Assembly: GCA_963736005.1 (NCBI GenBank)
Contig: CAVTNB010000001.1
Coordinates: 1,824,001 to 1,888,000 of the forward strand
Length of the DNA stretch: 64,000 bases
Direction of reading: 5' to 3'
Origin: an uncultured Pseudomonadota bacterium
GTDB lineage: Bacteria; Vulcanimicrobiota; Vulcanimicrobiia; Eremiobacterales; Eremiobacteraceae
A program made the translations under genes and the position numbers. The notes beneath the pieces were generated by a model. That model did not search any database, had not been told where the DNA came from, and worked only from the letters and a program-made list of their open reading frames with translations. Within the stretch, counting starts at the first letter, position 1. Each line of letters starts with the position of its first letter. Of the stretch, positions 60,097-64,000 are shown one piece after another.

Positions 60097-62796
60097 ATGC
60101 GTTTGGATAGATGTGCTGCTCTTTTCGCCGCCCTTGCCATGCTGTTGGGGCTGTCGCCATTGACCGCGGTGGCCGATACGGCCTCGGGCACGAGCGTTGT
60201 GGGCTCGATCGTCGACACGGACGGCGGGCTAGCCATTCCAGGTGCGGGTATCGATTTGTACTGCCAAGGCGCGCATGTACAGCACACAACCACCGCGCGG
60301 GACGGATCGTTTTTCTTCAACGACGTGACCCCGGGGGTGTGCACGCTCTTGGTCACGGCATCGGGCTACCAATTGGCTCGGTCGGCAAACATTCCGGTGG
60401 CTGCCGGAGCGCGGGTCGAGTTCCGCGTCGCCTTGACGAGGATATCATCCGCGGCTGCAGCACGCACGATTGGCCGGGTTATCGTCGCAGCTTCGAACAC
60501 GCTGCAAACCAGCTCGACCATCAACACGCACATCGATCCCAGCATCCTGCAGACGCAGAATTACATGCGGGCGGGCGATGCGCTCATCTCCGTCCCGGGT
60601 GTCAACATAGCAACGAGTTCCTCGCTTGGCGACGACCAGTCCGTCAGCATTCGTGGATTCGAAGCGACTGAAACTGCGACGCTGCTCGACGGCCATCCCA
60701 TTGGGCCGATTGGTGCCTTGGGCAACGGTTTTGATTATCAGGACTCGCCTTTTTTCGGGATCCGCGATATTGAAACGGTCTTCGGCTCGGGGGCAACCGG
60801 AGTCTATGGCGCATCAACGATTGCCGGTGCGGTCAACTTTCTGACCATCAACCCGACCCCGCAGATCCACGCGCTCTTCGAGCAAGGCGCGGGCTCCTAC
60901 GGGAAAGCTCTTACCGGCATACAGACGACCGGGACAGAAAACAAACTCGGATTTGCCTTCTCCCACGGCGTCGAGGGAACGTACGGTCTTTTTCCGCCAT
61001 CCGATCAGGTTGAATCCGGACTCAACGGATCGGACATCCGTGCCGCGACGTTCGCAACGAACACCTATGTCGTGAGCAGTGATTACGTCCTTCGAAACGA
61101 TGTCGGCAAGCTGACGTACGCATTTTCACCGAAGACCAATTTTTTGCTCAGCGCGTACTCCGCGACCACCTGGGATGACAAGAGTGGCAATGGTGATAAT
61201 GACTTTCTCACCTATCAGCAGAACCTCTACAATACGTTCAAGGGGCTCAATGGTAATGGTGGCAAATCCAGCGTTTGCCTCAGCAGCTGCGGAACGCCCC
61301 AAGAAGTCGACGGCAATTGTTCCAATTTCACCCAAGCAGCCCTGAGCGATGCCCCAGCCGGCTTCTCGTGCCTGAACCCGTACAAGTTTTCTCAGGAGAC
61401 TTCGGGGCCCTCAGGCGGCGGCGGCGGCCCTTGGCAGGCGATTCGCAACCAAGACTATCACGCGCGGCTCACGCAAGGGTTGGGGCAGGGCCAAATCAAC
61501 GTCGACACTTACATCGACAAATACGGATTAGACTACAACCGTGCCGCAGCAAACCAGTCGTTCCATAGCGACTTCTATCGAACGACGGGTTTGCTCATCG
61601 ACGATGAGTTTGCGAGCACGCTGCATAACATCGCATTCGGCTACAACTATCAGCACCAGCAGCACACCGGCGACACGTTCCCGTTCTTTGATCAGAACGG
61701 CAATCAGTTTAACATTTTGGCCGCGAACCAAGAGTTTGACCTCAACCAAAATAATTTCTTCGCGCGCGACGAATACACGCCGAATTCGAAACTCTCGATC
61801 TTTGCAAATCTCTGGCTTAATCACTCGGCCAATACGGGTAAGAACTCGTTCGACCCGCGCCTGACATTCCAATTTCGCCCAACCGGCGTGGATATCGTTC
61901 GACTGACGGCGGGGCATTCCAACAGCGAGCCGGATCCATCGCTCCTCTATGCGATGCCGTCGTACAACACGACCCCCAACAACATCAATCCACTGTGCGG
62001 CGCACAACTCAACGGGATAGGGAGCGTCAGCAATCCGACGCTCTCACCGGAGACGGCTACCGACGCAGAGGTCTCCTACGGGCGGCGAATCGGATTGCTC
62101 GATACCCTCGAAGTGGACGTGTATAATACGACAGAGTTCAACGCTCTGTTCAGCGGCAATCTGCCGCTGTCAGCACTGGGGAGCACGCAGGTGCCGCCAA
62201 GTCTCATCGCCGCCTATCTCAGACGCATCCAGAATTTTTGCCATAACAACCCCACGGTTGCCGACCTCGCGGTGAGCACGACGTACAACGCGGCGTCAGC
62301 GCGCTATCGTGGTATTCAGCTTTCGGGCAATTTCGGGCTTCTGCCTCATTTTACGGCGAACGCAGATTATGACGTCCAATCGTCAACCTATCTTGGCGTT
62401 CCCGACGCGATCCTTGCCTCCAATGTGACCATCATTAACGGCTCGCAGATCTACGGGATTCCGCTCCACAAAGCCAACTTGGGCTTCGACTACAACACCC
62501 CAAGCGGTCTCGACGTCGAAATCGACGGGCACTATATTGGAGATGGCAACAGTTACAACCGTCCGCATTTCATCTTCACCAATGCAAGCATTTCCCAGCA
62601 GGCCAACCGCATCACGACAACGCTGGGCATCAACAACATCTTCAACACCGCTGCGCAGCGCTACGGCTATTTCGGACTTGGTGTGTTTCAACCCGAGAAC
62701 AAATTCGGCGCAGACCAAAATGCCTTCGATCAGAGCAGCGAAGAATTTGGTATCCCGCCGCTTCAGTACTTCTTCACGATGACGTACAAGGTCTAG
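60097..62796 (+). CDS. TonB-dependent receptor with N-terminal carboxypeptidase-regulatory-like domain
   Basis: Signal peptide; plug SIRGF..LLDGHP..G.STIAGAVNF; LSPET; C-terminal beta strand YFFTMTYKV. Confidence 0.9.
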   Translation: MRLDRCAALFAALAMLLGLSPLTAVADTASGTSVVGSIVDTDGGLAIPGAGIDLYCQGAHVQHTTTARDGSFFFNDVTPGVCTLLVTASGYQLARSANIPVAAGARVEFRVALTRISSAAAARTIGRVIVAASNTLQTSSTINTHIDPSILQTQNYMRAGDALISVPGVNIATSSSLGDDQSVSIRGFEATETATLLDGHPIGPIGALGNGFDYQDSPFFGIRDIETVFGSGATGVYGASTIAGAVNFLTINPTPQIHALFEQGAGSYGKALTGIQTTGTENKLGFAFSHGVEGTYGLFPPSDQVESGLNGSDIRAATFATNTYVVSSDYVLRNDVGKLTYAFSPKTNFLLSAYSATTWDDKSGNGDNDFLTYQQNLYNTFKGLNGNGGKSSVCLSSCGTPQEVDGNCSNFTQAALSDAPAGFSCLNPYKFSQETSGPSGGGGGPWQAIRNQDYHARLTQGLGQGQINVDTYIDKYGLDYNRAAANQSFHSDFYRTTGLLIDDEFASTLHNIAFGYNYQHQQHTGDTFPFFDQNGNQFNILAANQEFDLNQNNFFARDEYTPNSKLSIFANLWLNHSANTGKNSFDPRLTFQFRPTGVDIVRLTAGHSNSEPDPSLLYAMPSYNTTPNNINPLCGAQLNGIGSVSNPTLSPETATDAEVSYGRRIGLLDTLEVDVYNTTEFNALFSGNLPLSALGSTQVPPSLIAAYLRRIQNFCHNNPTVADLAVSTTYNAASARYRGIQLSGNFGLLPHFTANADYDVQSSTYLGVPDAILASNVTIINGSQIYGIPLHKANLGFDYNTPSGLDVEIDGHYIGDGNSYNRPHFIFTNASISQQANRITTTLGINNIFNTAAQRYGYFGLGVFQPENKFGADQNAFDQSSEEFGIPPLQYFFTMTYKV

Positions 62797-62799
62797 GTG

Positions 62800-62853
62800 A
62801 TTAAGCCGCCTTAACCCGCAGTTGATAGTTCCTTAATGTTCGGCCCGTAGACT
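62800..62853 (+). promoter_or_regulatory. Pho-box-type promoter of the SLH-porin
   Basis: TTAA/TTAA/TTGA/TTAA at 62801/62811/62822/62833; TAGACT at 62848. Confidence 0.7.
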
Positions 62854-62930
62854 ACAAGCACGCAGTGCCTTAGCGACGGGCCTACTTCTTGTTCGCCTCA
62901 CCATTGAGTCTTTAGAAAAGGATACGTTCA

Positions 62931-64000
62931 ATGCGAAAACACCGGCTGCTTCTTGCGTCGGCGGTTGTCTGCGCTGTGTTCGCCCTCGCGATTCCGGCGC
63001 TCGCCGACGATTCTAACCCAGTGCCGGCTCCGGCCGCTTCCGCAACGTCCGCGGCGCCCGACGCAGGGGCGGTCGCGACCGCCAGTCCTGGAAGCGGTGC
63101 GAGCAGTGCAGACGGAATTGGCGTTTCCATCGCCACCGGGGACAACAACCCGTTTGCCGACGTTCCCACGGACTCGTTTGCCTACAAGGCCATCGTGCAG
63201 CTACACGATTTGGGTTATCTCAAAGGGTATCCGGACGGGTTGTTTCATGGCAAACGTAACCTCACACGCTACGAAATGGCGGTCATGGTCGACCGCGTTG
63301 TGAACGAGCTCGAGTACCAGCTCCACGATCCCAACGGAGCGGTCCGAGTGAATGCTGCGGCCATCGCCGATGCCCGCATGCTGCTCGATCAGTATGGGTC
63401 GCAGATCAAGGACCTGCAAACCAAAGAAGCCGCGCTAGATACCCGCCTGACCACCGCGGAGACCACGCTCAACCGCATGCAAATCCATGCGTACGCATAC
63501 GTTCGCGCTCCCGGCACCTATACCGAAACCGTGAGCGCATTCCAGCCAAATGGCACACCGTTGAAGCCTGGGACGATTGTCAAAGATGATGCGCAAAGCT
63601 ACGTGGTCGGCACCAACTCGCGTGGAACGGGCTACTCGGTCTTTCGTCTCATCATTCAAGGCGACCTCGACAAGCAAGCCAGCTATGCCGTGCGTTTGGA
63701 AAACAAGAACTTCTTTGGTCAAGCCAACGTCAACGGCCTCGACAACGTGAATCCAGCCGGGCCAACCACGAGCACGTATAACACAGGTGGGCTCTTACGC
63801 TTGAACTACGCGTATCTGAAGTATCAATTCACGAACTCGCCTGTCTATCTCGAGGCTGGCAAGTACACGCTGCGCAGCGACCCGCTCGGACTCGCGTATG
63901 ACAATGACTACTACAATGGCGGACTCTTTGGTTTCAAGAATTCGAAGGTGTATGGCTGGCTGGGCTTCGGCCAGACCGGAGGCCCGGATCTTGGCAGCAC
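62931..64000 (+). CDS. SLH-domain outer-membrane porin (OmpM-like), runs off the window
   Basis: Manual translation: signal peptide, FADVPTDSFAYKAI..GYLKGYPDG..LTRYEMA (SLH), coiled coil, then beta strands. Not in the ORF track because it has no stop in the window. Confidence 0.88.
   Translation, partial: MRKHRLLLASAVVCAVFALAIPALADDSNPVPAPAASATSAAPDAGAVATASPGSGASSADGIGVSIATGDNNPFADVPTDSFAYKAIVQLHDLGYLKGYPDGLFHGKRNLTRYEMAVMVDRVVNELEYQLHDPNGAVRVNAAAIADARMLLDQYGSQIKDLQTKEAALDTRLTTAETTLNRMQIHAYAYVRAPGTYTETVSAFQPNGTPLKPGTIVKDDAQSYVVGTNSRGTGYSVFRLIIQGDLDKQASYAVRLENKNFFGQANVNGLDNVNPAGPTTSTYNTGGLLRLNYAYLKYQFTNSPVYLEAGKYTLRSDPLGLAYDNDYYNGGLFGFKNSKVYGWLGFGQTGGPDLGS

Overview
Core-genome window from a GC-rich diderm bacterium. 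It has LPS heptose genes, an LptA-like protein, a TonB-dependent receptor and an SLH-porin, yet Firmicute-like gene order; Eremiobacterota/Vulcanimicrobiota is my inference, not verified. From left to right: a partial permease; hisS-accB-ADP-heptose/LPS glycosyltransferase cluster-aspS-DehI-like gene; a minus-strand epimerase/DUF1611/peptide-binding protein/C39-peptidase operon; 6S RNA; pfkB-PTP-rpiB-glyA-upp-dCMP deaminase-wecA-wecB; a complete F1Fo operon with two b subunits; murA-mreB-glycosidase; tsaC, a tandem-duplicated LptA-like protein, pilB; rarA, iscS, ytxG/H; rsbV-rsbW-sigB-like and alaS in an indel-riddled, probably mis-assembled stretch; and a phosphate locus (phoB-phoR-phoU-pstSCAB) followed by a TonB receptor and an SLH-porin. 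Best leads: (1) four promoters with TTAA-type Pho-box repeats at identical spacing to a -10 element, one of which appears to drive an unannotated ~90-nt three-hairpin sRNA; (2) a D-Glu/murein-peptide operon with a C39-like peptidase; (3) a DehI-fold protein with Glu at the catalytic Asp position; (4) three families of GTAG-headed REP-like palindromes. No CRISPR, tRNA, rRNA, IS or prophage was seen.
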